Shown piece by piece: positions 10,524 through 20,861 of a stretch of DNA of 64,000 bases (positions within the stretch are counted from its first letter, which is position 1; each line of letters starts with the position of its first letter). The notes beneath the pieces are model-generated. The model saw only the letters and a program-made list of their open reading frames with translations, was not told the origin of the DNA and did not search any database. The translations under genes and the position numbers were made by a program. Source of the DNA: Carpediemonas membranifera BICM (Eukaryota; Protista; Fornicata); the NCBI GenBank assembly GCA_019828565.1, contig JAHDYR010000003.1, positions 372,001 to 436,000 on the forward strand, read 5' to 3'.

Positions 10524-13500
10524 CTAGTTGAACTGGGGTATGATTGGGGTCGACCCGCCGAGCTGTCTCTGCGTCATGATCATCTTCACACTCGAGACGC
10601 CCCTGATGCTCGCACTCCCGACACTCGCTAAGAAACCACCGCTGGACTTACGCTCATCGTCGGCGACCATATCACCGTGCTCGTTCTTGGCGACGAACAT
10701 GGGAGTTTGGGCGATCTCCTGGTCAGTCTCCGGCAATATGTACCTGTTCATCCGAGCATAGTCCTGGACCAGGCAGCGGCTGCATATGGGCTTTCCCAGG
10801 GCATCTTCGGGCACACTCTGGTCAGGTTGGTGCATCGATGTGTAAGCGGTGAGCATCTCGTCAATGCTGCGTGCCTTGTCATTCAGGCCACCACAGATGG
10901 CACAGACGTGAAGGTCCGGATCGAAGAAGGTGGGCGGAACTGCCCTGCGACGGGCCGCTAGCCATGACACAACGGTGGTTGCACAGCATAGGAAGAGAGC
11001 TATGAGGCATATGATGTTGAGAGCGATACCAACGACAATGACCTCGTATCCGATCACATCGCTGTGCCCCACTGCCGCAACGAGCACTGCTACACCAGGA
11101 CTGGGTGCCGAGTCAGCCGACACTGCATGGATGCAATACTGCTTGGGCTCCGAGTCCCTTGTGAATGACACCGTCGTGCTGTTGAAGAGGTAGGGGCGGG
11201 TGGGCGTGCCATCAACCGTGGCTGCAGCCGAATACCGGTCGACCCGGCTAACATCGACACACTCGCCGGAATAGGTTATAAATGCGTCTGCCCCGGCACG
11301 ATCGAAAGCAGCGCTGACAGTGGTGTTAGTCTGTTTCGCGACCACTGTCAACTCCGTGCTGAGTCTATCTCTCACAGTAAAGCTGTACCCGACCGCGTTA
11401 GTCCACGCTGATGTAGTAAACACATCCTTCCACACCCGCTCAGTGGCGAGCAGAGTCTCGGTAGGCCAGGAGCCCAAGACTCTAAACCCATGAGGCCCTA
11501 CCCTGAACCTCAGGGAGAGTGTGTAGCTGCCGACGGTGGAAGGGGCGGGAACAGCGAGCTGGCAGTTGTCTGTGGGGGCGATGGTAATAAAGGATGGGGC
11601 TGTAGCCGAAGTGGCGGACTTGATCCGGTATTGCCACTCAAGTATGGAGTCACATGCACTGAGGGAGGCCACACCCTGGATGTTGGAGCCGACCTTGTTG
11701 CCGGAATATTCAAAGAGGTTCTCGAGATCCACAATAATGGAAGCACCGGGGGAGAAGGCGGCCTCGATCTCGTCCTCCAGTGGGATAGCAGGCAACGTGG
11801 TTGGATCGGTCAGCCTCGGGACATAGACGGTGGCCTCCTCGCAGGGAAGCACGGCGTCAGCCAGACACTCGGTGCCCAGTGTCACGGGGCGGATAGCGAG
11901 AAGGACCTCCTTGGAGACGGTGGGGGAGCTACGAGCTACAGGGGAAGTGAGGCCATACGTGACAGTGTTGTGGAGAATTGAGGCGACTGTGGTGGCACCA
12001 GAGGCATCAGCCACAGTCTTCCAGGCATCGGGAACGGCGGGGAGGGTGCCAACCTCGTCTGGGAACATTGTGACATAAACTGCACTGGAGTCGACCCAAC
12101 CGTATGTAGCAACGGAGAACTGCACAGAAACGGCGACGGCGGCCGAGGTTACTGATACGTCTGTGTATATTGAAGGCAGTGTGAAGTCAGGCGTGACACA
12201 GAACGTGACATTGTTCTCGGTAACGGTCGTATTGATGTAATAGCACTGGAGGTAGTTCGATTGGTCGATCAGATCTGGTCCTACGTACATGCCCGCGTCA
12301 GTGCTGTTGCTGCAATCGTCCAAGCCATCAAGGCAGTACAAATAATCGTCGGTGTTGCAGGAAAGAATTGGTCTTGATACTGAAGGATCGTAAGAAAAGA
12401 TGGTCCCGTTGCCATCGAGCACTGCGGTCGACCCGTCGCTGAGTGTCAGATTGCACTGGACGTCGACAATGTTGACAATCAAAGAACCAGAATCGTCGGT
12501 CAGATAGCACGAATATTGGCCGAATCCGCCGCGAATCTCTTGTACATCTGGGACACCGCAGCTGACCATTGTCAACGAGGTGTGTGATGGTAGAGTGGTC
12601 ACATCGTAGATATCAGATGTCAGGTCGACCGCATATGTCGCGTTCAGCATCGTTCCCTTGATAACAACAAGCGGGTCAGACTGATCAGCGGCGGTTGTCC
12701 GGATCGTGACATAGACTGGGGCGTCCGACTCGACAGTGACACCGTCCCACATCTCTGCTGGGAGGTTGTAGACAGTAGATATGGTACCAGATCTCTCCTC
12801 GAATGTTGTGAGGTCAACACCATCGATTGAATCAGGTGTAATCGTATCAGTGCCGTTTCGGGAGATCACAAGGGAAAAAGATGTTGCTGTTGTCGTAACA
12901 ACCGTGATTTCAGCTCGGCTGGCGGTGATCTGGCCATATTCCCCCTTTGATGGAAGCGTCGCCATACTGTATGTCGGGGCAAGGATGGAAGGAGTGCTGA
13001 TGTCACCTGCGTCGTAGCTCTGGCCTGCTCCAGCGGGGAGGGTTGCATCGGTCCACATCAGAGTGGCATCTGGGACAAAGCCGTTGTGAACCTCAACGCC
13101 GACGATGGGCATACTTGGAAGAGTGCCTGAAAATCCAATCACATCGTATATCGAGTGCTGATACCGTCTGACCGAGAGATACTCAGCCTGACAGGCGTAG
13201 AAGTAGTCGCCCCAACCAGCAGGACTATACTTGAAAGTCGCAGTGTCGGCATCCTGGAAGTAGACTGTGACTCCAGTAGAGTCAACCAGAATGATGAAAT
13301 ATGTCCTTGTCTCACCGTCGTCCGAGAATGTCACGGTGTACTTCGTCTTGGTGAAAGATTCGTCGGTCGGCCCAATGTCAACCGATCCAGAGGCGGAGTT
13401 TCGAGAATACGTGACCTCCACCATATTTGCAATGTGGAGAGTGAAGTCAAAGCTTGTGGCAGTCGCGAAGAACCCTGCGATGTCTACCTTGAGAGTCAGT

Positions 13501-15638
13501 GGAGCTCTGAGCATTCCTTCCCACGGCATCACGAGGCGGGCGGGCCAGTAATCCGCAACGGAGGTGAGTGGGTTCTGTTGAAATGTCATGTCGTTGAAGT
13601 ATGTTGGTGGATACGAGACTGTGTAGCAGTCGCCATCGATGGCCACGTCTACCTCGCTGTCACCGGGCATGACGAAGCAATAATCGCCTAAATTTGTCGT
13701 GTTGTAGTTCGTGCCGTTAGACGTGCACACGCCAGCAGTGAGGCCTGACACGAGAGCATCGAGCATGCTATTCTCAATGGTTGTGGTGGTGCTGAGCTTA
13801 CGAATGAGAACGAGCCGTTCGCTGCCATAAGGGGAGTAGTAGCCCGCGGGGACAGGGTCACAGCTGCCGTCAGTTGCACGGTAGACGTCCTCAGAAGCAC
13901 ACATGGTGCGGCAGGCGTCAATACCGCGGCCGGGACTGATTGCGACGGCGTTGGTGGGGATGGTACACGCAGTCTGGATACAAGAACCGGCTGGAGAGTA
14001 GTAGCCCGCCGTCTCGGGAACGAGAGAGCCAGCGTCGCACCAGTATCCGGCCCGGCAAGAAGAGCCTGCAGTGCATGTCTCGGCTGGGTCAAGCTCGGCG
14101 AACCCGGGCAGGGCTGGGAGGGTTGCCGACCCTAGTCTGGTGGTGGGGGTGTTCAGGGGGAAACGATCGACCAGATCAGACAAAAGCGGATCAGCACCGG
14201 TAAATGTGCGAGGTGTAACAGGCGTGGTTGCTCCGTTGACTCTGTCGTCAGTGCGGTCGGCCGGATCCGTGATCCATGTGTAATCTGTCACGATCTTATC
14301 CTTTGTTGGCCCCCAGAACTTAGCACTATATGCTGCGCTCTTGAGATAGCGGTCATCATCCGACATTCCAAAGCTGTTGTAATACATGACACCATGCGTC
14401 GACGCGTCTGGCCAAATCATTGGACCTTCAGACGTGTACTCGTGGAACAACCCGTGCAAGTCTGAGAGCAACCCACCTCTCAGCGAGGGTAGGGGGGGTG
14501 CGGCGGTGAGGTCAGTCGGGGCGGCCCGAGAGAGAGCGGCGTCGGCCCAATACCTTAGCGCAGGGAGGACGGAGGAGTACTTCTGGTCAGTGACCGCGGG
14601 CAGACCATCAATGCCGTCCCTCACCACGGTTAGGAACGATGTGATGGCACTATTCATCGTTTGAGAGGCTGTGCTGATTGTGTCACAGCTGGCTGACCCT
14701 GTGGTCACACCAGCGAACGAGCACTGCTGCATATCGCCCAGGAGCACCATGCCCGAGGCCTGGTGGAGAGCGGCCTGGGTCTGGTGGGCAGCCATGAAAA
14801 TGAGCTCGTCAAACGGCCGAGGGTCCGTGTCCTCATCGCCAGTGAACGGCAGAGAGGCTGCTGTGGTCATGGAGGACGCATAAGCGGTGACAAGAGCACT
14901 GGCCGCGGTAGAAACGGGTGTGAGGAAGCTCGCGAGACCGGTTGGGTCACTGACTGAATAGACGGCATCCTCGAGCGCCTGAGCAGCAGTTACAAGAGCT
15001 GCAAGCTCCGTGGAGAGATCGAACACTGCATCGTCTGCTGTGTGGTAGAGTGTGGAGTAGTGCAGGTCACTCTGACCGAACCCGAGCTCGATGAGGCTCT
15101 GAGCGGGGAGTGGGAAGACGGACCCCTCCCGTTGGCGCATGGCAATGAGCTCCTCCTCGTAGGCCTCGGCAGAGTCCGTCTGTGCGTCGTTAGTGATGGC
15201 TGAAGTGATCTTCGCAGCTCGTTCAGCCCTCTTGTCGGCTGCCCAAACCATTGCTTGGGCCTCGACAGCGTCCCAAACACCTTCAATCGCGAGGACAAAT
15301 GGTGCAGCCGAGGATTCAAGGAAGGGAAGCGTTGTGCTCTCGTCAATGACATAGGAGAGAATGCTCCAGTCCATCGTGGTGACGTCGGCAGCGGTGTCGC
15401 AGTCGGTGAGGGCATCAAGAGCATTCACAACGTCGCGAACACGAGGGTACTGGATAGAAACGCTGGAGTATTGCGTTCGCTTGCTTGTAGAGTTGTAGCA
15501 GAGAGAATAAATCCGCTCATTGCTGGGGATGACCGGAGAAAGCTCCGTGTATTGTGAGAATAGGTCGTATACTGTTGCTGAGCTTACAACGTTGACCAAT
15601 ATGGCTGTTATAGCCAGTATTAGCAACATACGCTTCAT
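10524..15638 (-). CDS. Large type I membrane/surface protein with Cys-rich GCC2/GCC3 (ephrin-receptor-like) repeats
   Basis: Signal peptide MKRMLLILAITAILVNVVSSA at ATG 15638; AGYWC/AGYYSP/PAGYYSP repeats; C-terminal TM helix; cytosolic CxxC..CxxC. Confidence 0.75.
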   Translation of the reverse strand: MKRMLLILAITAILVNVVSSATVYDLFSQYTELSPVIPSNERIYSLCYNSTSKRTQYSSVSIQYPRVRDVVNALDALTDCDTAADVTTMDWSILSYVIDESTTLPFLESSAAPFVLAIEGVWDAVEAQAMVWAADKRAERAAKITSAITNDAQTDSAEAYEEELIAMRQREGSVFPLPAQSLIELGFGQSDLHYSTLYHTADDAVFDLSTELAALVTAAQALEDAVYSVSDPTGLASFLTPVSTAASALVTAYASSMTTAASLPFTGDEDTDPRPFDELIFMAAHQTQAALHQASGMVLLGDMQQCSFAGVTTGSASCDTISTASQTMNSAITSFLTVVRDGIDGLPAVTDQKYSSVLPALRYWADAALSRAAPTDLTAAPPLPSLRGGLLSDLHGLFHEYTSEGPMIWPDASTHGVMYYNSFGMSDDDRYLKSAAYSAKFWGPTKDKIVTDYTWITDPADRTDDRVNGATTPVTPRTFTGADPLLSDLVDRFPLNTPTTRLGSATLPALPGFAELDPAETCTAGSSCRAGYWCDAGSLVPETAGYYSPAGSCIQTACTIPTNAVAISPGRGIDACRTMCASEDVYRATDGSCDPVPAGYYSPYGSERLVLIRKLSTTTTIENSMLDALVSGLTAGVCTSNGTNYNTTNLGDYCFVMPGDSEVDVAIDGDCYTVSYPPTYFNDMTFQQNPLTSVADYWPARLVMPWEGMLRAPLTLKVDIAGFFATATSFDFTLHIANMVEVTYSRNSASGSVDIGPTDESFTKTKYTVTFSDDGETRTYFIILVDSTGVTVYFQDADTATFKYSPAGWGDYFYACQAEYLSVRRYQHSIYDVIGFSGTLPSMPIVGVEVHNGFVPDATLMWTDATLPAGAGQSYDAGDISTPSILAPTYSMATLPSKGEYGQITASRAEITVVTTTATSFSLVISRNGTDTITPDSIDGVDLTTFEERSGTISTVYNLPAEMWDGVTVESDAPVYVTIRTTAADQSDPLVVIKGTMLNATYAVDLTSDIYDVTTLPSHTSLTMVSCGVPDVQEIRGGFGQYSCYLTDDSGSLIVNIVDVQCNLTLSDGSTAVLDGNGTIFSYDPSVSRPILSCNTDDYLYCLDGLDDCSNSTDAGMYVGPDLIDQSNYLQCYYINTTVTENNVTFCVTPDFTLPSIYTDVSVTSAAVAVSVQFSVATYGWVDSSAVYVTMFPDEVGTLPAVPDAWKTVADASGATTVASILHNTVTYGLTSPVARSSPTVSKEVLLAIRPVTLGTECLADAVLPCEEATVYVPRLTDPTTLPAIPLEDEIEAAFSPGASIIVDLENLFEYSGNKVGSNIQGVASLSACDSILEWQYRIKSATSATAPSFITIAPTDNCQLAVPAPSTVGSYTLSLRFRVGPHGFRVLGSWPTETLLATERVWKDVFTTSAWTNAVGYSFTVRDRLSTELTVVAKQTNTTVSAAFDRAGADAFITYSGECVDVSRVDRYSAAATVDGTPTRPYLFNSTTVSFTRDSEPKQYCIHAVSADSAPSPGVAVLVAAVGHSDVIGYEVIVVGIALNIICLIALFLCCATTVVSWLAARRRAVPPTFFDPDLHVCAICGGLNDKARSIDEMLTAYTSMHQPDQSVPEDALGKPICSRCLVQDYARMNRYILPETDQEIAQTPMFVAKNEHGDMVADDERKSSGGFLASVGSASIRGVSSVKMIMTQRQLGGSTPIIPQFN

Positions 15639-16140
15639 TTTGCAGCGTATTTGCCTGGAGTGCGACGAATTTCCCGCATGATCATCTTCCACCCATGGCG
15701 GGTTTTGACGATTTACGCTGAATTTTCGCAAACAGGTATTGCTGTCAAGAATGGTCCTTACAACGTGGTGCGTCTCATGATATGGGTCAAACAACGGGCA
15801 TGTCAGATCGTTTTTTGGCATATTTCATCTGAACTTTCATCAAATCATTCATGGCAGGCATTAAGCCAGCATGACCAGGGCGAGCAGACCGACGCGGACC
15901 CAGGCAGCAGCGTCATGGGGACCACCGAGACCGTCTGGCCCATCGCCAGACATGGTGATGTAGATGTCAAGTTGTTTGCCTCGGTGACCAAGGGAGGTGA
16001 TCGTGACGAACGAATTCATGTCGGCGAATAATCTGTCGTTCTCGTAGAAACATGGAGAGTAGTGAATCATCATGCATGCGTTGGTGAGTGTACTGGCCGT
16101 GGCCTCAACTGGTGGGAGGTCGTGATCATTGTGATGGGTT

Positions 16141-16197
16141 TGTGCCATTGTTGGCTTGCGCAGGTAGATCTGTTTACATAAACTGCACTGGCTCTCA
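16141..16197. repeat. 3' LTR of element 1 (57 bp)
   Basis: TGTGCCATTG...GGCTCTCA, identical to 20766-20822. Confidence 0.9.
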
Positions 16198-16225
16198 CTT
16201 CCCTCCTCAAGGCGAAGCTAGCCAG

Positions 16226-19200
16226 CTAACGACGGCCATTGCCCCGGAACTTCCGCTTGTAACGTGCGAAGAGGGGCGTGAGACCTGGGTTGAGGCGTAG
16301 GTAGTCATCCAGGGCGGCGAGGCGGTCGTAATATGCGTTATACGGAATGTACGAGTCCTCGGAGTCTTCTAGGCCTTCCCAGTGGACGAGGAGCTCGAGG
16401 CGTCGGTTGCGCTCGCGGTGGCCGACGATGGCGGAGACTTGTTGTTCGTCTTGTTCGTATGCGGCGATGCGCTCGAGTGTCTTGAGGTCTGCTGTGCCTG
16501 GGTCGAAGCGAATGAGGCGGTCCTGGTGGACGAGCAGCTCGGACTTGGTGACGAGGTCACGGAGGACGAATGTGTTGGGGCTCTTCCCTTCCCTGAGGAG
16601 TTGTAGCGGGCCGCGGACTGGAGGCAGAATCTTGGATGGGGCCTTGTGAGGATATCTCAGGAGCACTAGGCGTTCGAGTTTCCAGTCGAAGTTGTCCGCC
16701 GGTTGGGTTTGTGCGGCCTTGTGACGCTCGTATGCGGCGATCTTCGCGCGGGCTGCGTCGTGCATGGCCTGTATGTCGGTGTGGAATGCGTTAATGGCCT
16801 GGATGGTAGGTGTGTCTTGCGTCGCCTTGGCGGCGCTGATGATGCGTGACTCCGGGAGGGCCGTGAGCGCGGACGTGTGTCCGAAAAGCAGCTCGAACGG
16901 CGTGAAGCCGGTAGTCGAGTGTGTCGAAGTGTTGATAATGTGTTGCACGATTGGGATAAGTGCGGGCCAGTCGGTCGTTTCTGAGTCTAGTAGCAGGGCG
17001 CGCAGTCTGCGCATGATGGTCCCATTGACTCTCTCGACAACGCCGTTACTCTGTGGGTGGTACGCCGTGGAGAACCTGTGGTTCAGGCTGATCTTCTTGT
17101 TGAGAGCGGCGATGGTTGAGTTCTTGAACTGACTTCCCTGGTCTGTCTGGATCAGGCTGGGTGCGCCGAAGAGCGACCACACCTGGAGCATCGCGTCGGC
17201 GGCTTCTTCTGCCGAGGTTGACGCAACCGGCTTGAGCACAGTGAACTTGCTGAAGACGTCGATGAACACGATCACGTGAGCGAGGCCATTCGTCTTTGGA
17301 AGCGGGCCGAGCGTGTCTATCTGCACCGCCTCGAATGGGCGGGTCTTCTGGGTCGTATGCCACTGGGCCTTGGCGATGGGGTGGGATTTGAGCTTCTGGC
17401 AGACTGGGCAAGTCGCGACGTGCTCCGCGACGTCTGAGTTCATGGAAGACCAGGTCTTGCCGGCTTCCTTGAGATGGGCGATCGTTTGTTTGATCGAAAC
17501 ATGGCCGTTGGCTCCAGCGTGGGCCTGCTGAATGTCGAAGCGGTGGGTGCTGCTGGCGATTTCGCTGATCGCCGCGCCGCTGGGGCGGGAGAGGGCGTCC
17601 GCGACGACGTTATTTGTCCCTGCGATATGCATGATGTCGAAGGGGTACTCGGATAGGATGAGTCTCCATCGCGTGAGCTTGCGCGTCCCTTCCTCAGCCT
17701 TGCGAATCATCCACACGATGTTCTTGTGATCTGTGAGTACGGTGAATGGCTTCAGCTTGAGAATCTGGCTAAACTCTGGCCGGGTGATGCAGTATATGAC
17801 TGCGTAGAGCTCTTGCTCGACCGTCGCCCAGCGGCGTTGGGTCTCTGTGAACGTCTTTGAGAAGTACGCGAGGGGTTTCTTCGTGTCGCCCTCGTGTTGC
17901 CACAGCACTCCGCCGGCTGCGATTGTGGACGCGTCTGTCTCAAGTGTCCACTTGCAGGTCAGGTTGGGTAGTGCCAATGCCTTGTTGTCGGTGCACAGCT
18001 CCTTCAGAGCCGCGAATGCCTTGTCGTGTTCCTCAGTCCAAGGGAGCTTGTCTAGCTTCTTGGGTGACCCCTTGAGGAGGGCGTTGAGGGGGGCTGTGGC
18101 TGAGCTGAGTTGCGGGAGGTAGTTTGCGAGGTGGTTAAACTTGCCCATCGTGCGTCTGAGCTCTGTGACGGTGGTGGGGGCGGGCAGCTCCTTCAGCGCG
18201 GCGACGCGGCCTGGGCTCACCGAGCGGCCGGAGCTGTTGATGATGAATCCGCAGACCTCCACTTCGGCGGCGCCGATGGTACATTTGTCCGCACGGAGGC
18301 GCAGGCGGTTGTCCTTGGCTCTCTGGAGGGTGAGTCTCAGGGTGTTGAGGAATCCTTCTTCGGTCCGTGCGTAGAGGAATATGTCATCCACGTAGACCCG
18401 GTGGCCGGGGATGCCATCTAGCACGGCCTCCATCGCTCGTTGAAACTTGGAGGGGGCGTTCTTAAGTCCAAACGGGACCCTGAGGAACTCGAATTGGTGC
18501 CCGGGGACTACGAACGAGGTAAGGGGGATGCTGGCCGGCTCCATCAGCTGCTGCCAGTATCCGGACCGGAGATCGAGTGATGCAAAGTAAGAGCATCCGC
18601 CGGCTTCGTGGGGCAGGTCCCTCAGATCGGGGAGGGGAAAGGCGTCGTCCTTCGTGGCGTCGTTAAGATCGTTGAATGCGACGCAGAAGCGGGGTTCGCC
18701 GTTCTTCTTGGTTGCCATCGTGTGGCGGCTGGCGTGCTCGGACTGGCTGTCTCGTATGATGCCGAGCTTCTTCATCTTCTCGATCTCGGAGAGGGCGGCT
18801 GAGCCAGCCTCTCCGACAAGCTGTCGAGGACGGCACTTGAGGTGAAAATCGCGTGTGAGTTCGATCTTGTGAGGCTGTAGTTTGCTGCCTTCGGGCGGGA
18901 GAGCCGGGTCGAACACCTCATCGAACTCCTCGACGATGCTTCGGACCTTGTTGGCGAACTCGGTGCCGTGGTCGTCCGGGATCGTGACGGCGAGCGAATG
19001 CTTCGAGTCCGAGGTTGACGCCGCTTCGAAGACGTCGGCGTCGATCATGTTGTGCTCTTCTAGATCGTCCTTATCATCCGGCTTCTCGGACGGGAGTATC
19101 AGTAGGCGGTCGTTGAGGACGTAGCCGATGTGCCTGAGGAGGTCCTTGCCGATCAGCATCCTGTCGCTGGTGCCTGTGATCATGTGGACGTCCCAGTCGA

Positions 19201-20773
19201 GCGTGACGGTTTTGCCATCCATGCCAGGGAGTGTGATGGACATGGTGGCGATCTTGCCCGCGGAGATAACGCGGTCGTCCGCGGCGAACAGGCGGAGGTC
19301 CGACTCGCGCCATTGGATGTTTCCTGGTATCTTTGGGGCGAGGTGCTCGGATATGACGCAGACATCTGCGCCAGTGTCGAGCTTGGCTGGAAGTTGGACG
19401 GTTCCGGCGACCGTTACGGTTGTCTGTATGGGAATGGAGGTCGTTTGGACCTCGCCGACGGCGCCATCGCGTTGGTTCGCTCCGCAGTCCTTGGTTGTAT
19501 GCTTTGAGTTCCAGCCATGCCTGTCACACCAGCGATTGAAAGACTTCGGGATGTAGAAATGCTCCTTGTCCTTAAACTGCTTGAACGGGTCCTGGCCTTC
19601 GACCTTGTGGGCCTTCGGCTTCAGCGGCTGGCCCTCGCGAGCAGAGGTGTCCTTGTTCGAGCACTGACTGTTATCATGCGGTGCCTTGTTGTCGGCCGGG
19701 ATCGGCTTCGTCTTGGTCGACACGGCATAGGCCTGCCAGGGGACGACGATCTGGCCGAGATGGTCGGTCTCGAGGGTCGAGAGGGCGTCTATGCAGTCGC
19801 GGGCGGGACGCCAGTTGCCGTCCGAATCCCGCTCGATCAGCGCCTCGTATAGCGGGATCGCGTCGTCGTCGTATCCCTTGAGGGCGACAGACCGGACCGC
19901 AGCGCGGAGGGCGCTGTCGGGGATCTTATGGTAGCCATCGGCCTCGACGACGGGGTTGTACCCGTCGCACGCCTTCTGCAGGCGCAGAGTGTTAAGGCGG
20001 TGGGCCGCGTTCTGGCCGTACAGTTGGGTGCCCTTGCTTGTGATGGCCTTGAGGCGTGCACCGCGGTCGAGTGTTGGCATCAGGGTAAGGTACAGGTGAG
20101 GCAGGATGGTCCTGGCCTCGGCGCGAAGCTGGTCACGCACGGACACGGGGGCGGAGGGGGCGGCCGTTGCCGCTGACGGGAGAGAGTTGACGATTCTCGC
20201 GACATCCGCGGCCGATCGGGCCGGTTTGTCGTCCAGGGGGTTCGTTAGCGTCGCGAAGGTGAGGGTCGCATCCGGGTCCGCCTCGTGGCGGTCGTGGCTG
20301 GCCGTGCAGAGGCTGGCGAGCTTATCGTTCAGCTCGGCCTCGGCGCGGTCGTAAACAGCCTGCATCCGGCGCATCGCCGGGTCGAGAAGCGGGCTGTCCT
20401 TATAGGTGTTGGCGGCTGCAGCACAGAGCAAGAAGAGATCGTCCTGCAGAGCGTCGATGATCGCGCGGTATCTTGCGCGGCACGACGTGGCGTGTCTGTC
20501 AGGTTCTTGCTTGGCGTGTTGTGCCTGCGAGACCACGTCAGGGATAAGGGAGTCCCAGAACGACTCGAAGGTCGGGAACGTGGAGGTGGGCCGCCATGTG
20601 GCTTGTAGAAGCTCGAGGGTCTTTGCCGTGAATGCGTGGGGGAAAGAACGGGGTCTTTTGACGTTACCGACTTCCCGTAACCAGATCTCGTACCCCGTTG
20701 TGAGGGAAGAGACGTCTATCACGGATAGACCACTGTGTGATTCTGTAGAAGCAGAATATCGATATTGTGCCAT
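16226..20773 (-). CDS. Gag-Pol polyprotein (Gag Zn-knuckle, protease, RT, RNase H, integrase, chromodomain)
   Basis: LDTGAD protease; LDLRSGYWQ, PFGLKNAP and YVDD in RT; TDAS RNase H; HHCC (GH...CPVCQ) and DDE (IDT, TDQG, VER) integrase; LLVHWEG chromodomain. Confidence 0.95.
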   Translation of the reverse strand: MAQYRYSASTESHSGLSVIDVSSLTTGYEIWLREVGNVKRPRSFPHAFTAKTLELLQATWRPTSTFPTFESFWDSLIPDVVSQAQHAKQEPDRHATSCRARYRAIIDALQDDLFLLCAAAANTYKDSPLLDPAMRRMQAVYDRAEAELNDKLASLCTASHDRHEADPDATLTFATLTNPLDDKPARSAADVARIVNSLPSAATAAPSAPVSVRDQLRAEARTILPHLYLTLMPTLDRGARLKAITSKGTQLYGQNAAHRLNTLRLQKACDGYNPVVEADGYHKIPDSALRAAVRSVALKGYDDDAIPLYEALIERDSDGNWRPARDCIDALSTLETDHLGQIVVPWQAYAVSTKTKPIPADNKAPHDNSQCSNKDTSAREGQPLKPKAHKVEGQDPFKQFKDKEHFYIPKSFNRWCDRHGWNSKHTTKDCGANQRDGAVGEVQTTSIPIQTTVTVAGTVQLPAKLDTGADVCVISEHLAPKIPGNIQWRESDLRLFAADDRVISAGKIATMSITLPGMDGKTVTLDWDVHMITGTSDRMLIGKDLLRHIGYVLNDRLLILPSEKPDDKDDLEEHNMIDADVFEAASTSDSKHSLAVTIPDDHGTEFANKVRSIVEEFDEVFDPALPPEGSKLQPHKIELTRDFHLKCRPRQLVGEAGSAALSEIEKMKKLGIIRDSQSEHASRHTMATKKNGEPRFCVAFNDLNDATKDDAFPLPDLRDLPHEAGGCSYFASLDLRSGYWQQLMEPASIPLTSFVVPGHQFEFLRVPFGLKNAPSKFQRAMEAVLDGIPGHRVYVDDIFLYARTEEGFLNTLRLTLQRAKDNRLRLRADKCTIGAAEVEVCGFIINSSGRSVSPGRVAALKELPAPTTVTELRRTMGKFNHLANYLPQLSSATAPLNALLKGSPKKLDKLPWTEEHDKAFAALKELCTDNKALALPNLTCKWTLETDASTIAAGGVLWQHEGDTKKPLAYFSKTFTETQRRWATVEQELYAVIYCITRPEFSQILKLKPFTVLTDHKNIVWMIRKAEEGTRKLTRWRLILSEYPFDIMHIAGTNNVVADALSRPSGAAISEIASSTHRFDIQQAHAGANGHVSIKQTIAHLKEAGKTWSSMNSDVAEHVATCPVCQKLKSHPIAKAQWHTTQKTRPFEAVQIDTLGPLPKTNGLAHVIVFIDVFSKFTVLKPVASTSAEEAADAMLQVWSLFGAPSLIQTDQGSQFKNSTIAALNKKISLNHRFSTAYHPQSNGVVERVNGTIMRRLRALLLDSETTDWPALIPIVQHIINTSTHSTTGFTPFELLFGHTSALTALPESRIISAAKATQDTPTIQAINAFHTDIQAMHDAARAKIAAYERHKAAQTQPADNFDWKLERLVLLRYPHKAPSKILPPVRGPLQLLREGKSPNTFVLRDLVTKSELLVHQDRLIRFDPGTADLKTLERIAAYEQDEQQVSAIVGHRERNRRLELLVHWEGLEDSEDSYIPYNAYYDRLAALDDYLRLNPGLTPLFARYKRKFRGNGRR

Positions 20774-20822
20774 TGTTGGCTTGCGCAGGTAGATCTGTTT
20801 ACATAAACTGCACTGGCTCTCA
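20766..20822. repeat. 5' LTR of element 1 (57 bp), contains the gag ATG
   Basis: Identical to 16141-16197; CAT at 20771-20773 lies inside it. Confidence 0.9.
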
Positions 20823-20861
20823 GGTTATCCTGCACTACCTGCGTGCAGTTTATGTAAACAG
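20795..20861. repeat. Perfect 19-bp inverted repeat between LTR and outer flank
   Basis: CTGTTTACATAAACTGCAC (20795-20813) / GTGCAGTTTATGTAAACAG (20843-20861). Confidence 0.9.

Larger units (their letters stand above)
16141..20822 (-). mobile_element. Ty3/Gypsy chromovirus-type LTR retrotransposon (element 1), 4682 bp, intact
   Basis: Identical 57-bp TG...CA direct repeats at 16141-16197 and 20766-20822; 4-bp TSD GGTT; PPT GAGGAGGGAAG abutting the 3' LTR; single gag-pol ORF. Confidence 0.95.

Noticed and set aside
15861-16148. 95-aa ORF as an interrupted host gene
   Set aside because: Its ATG comes from the LTR, and the reconstructed empty site has an in-frame stop four codons upstream
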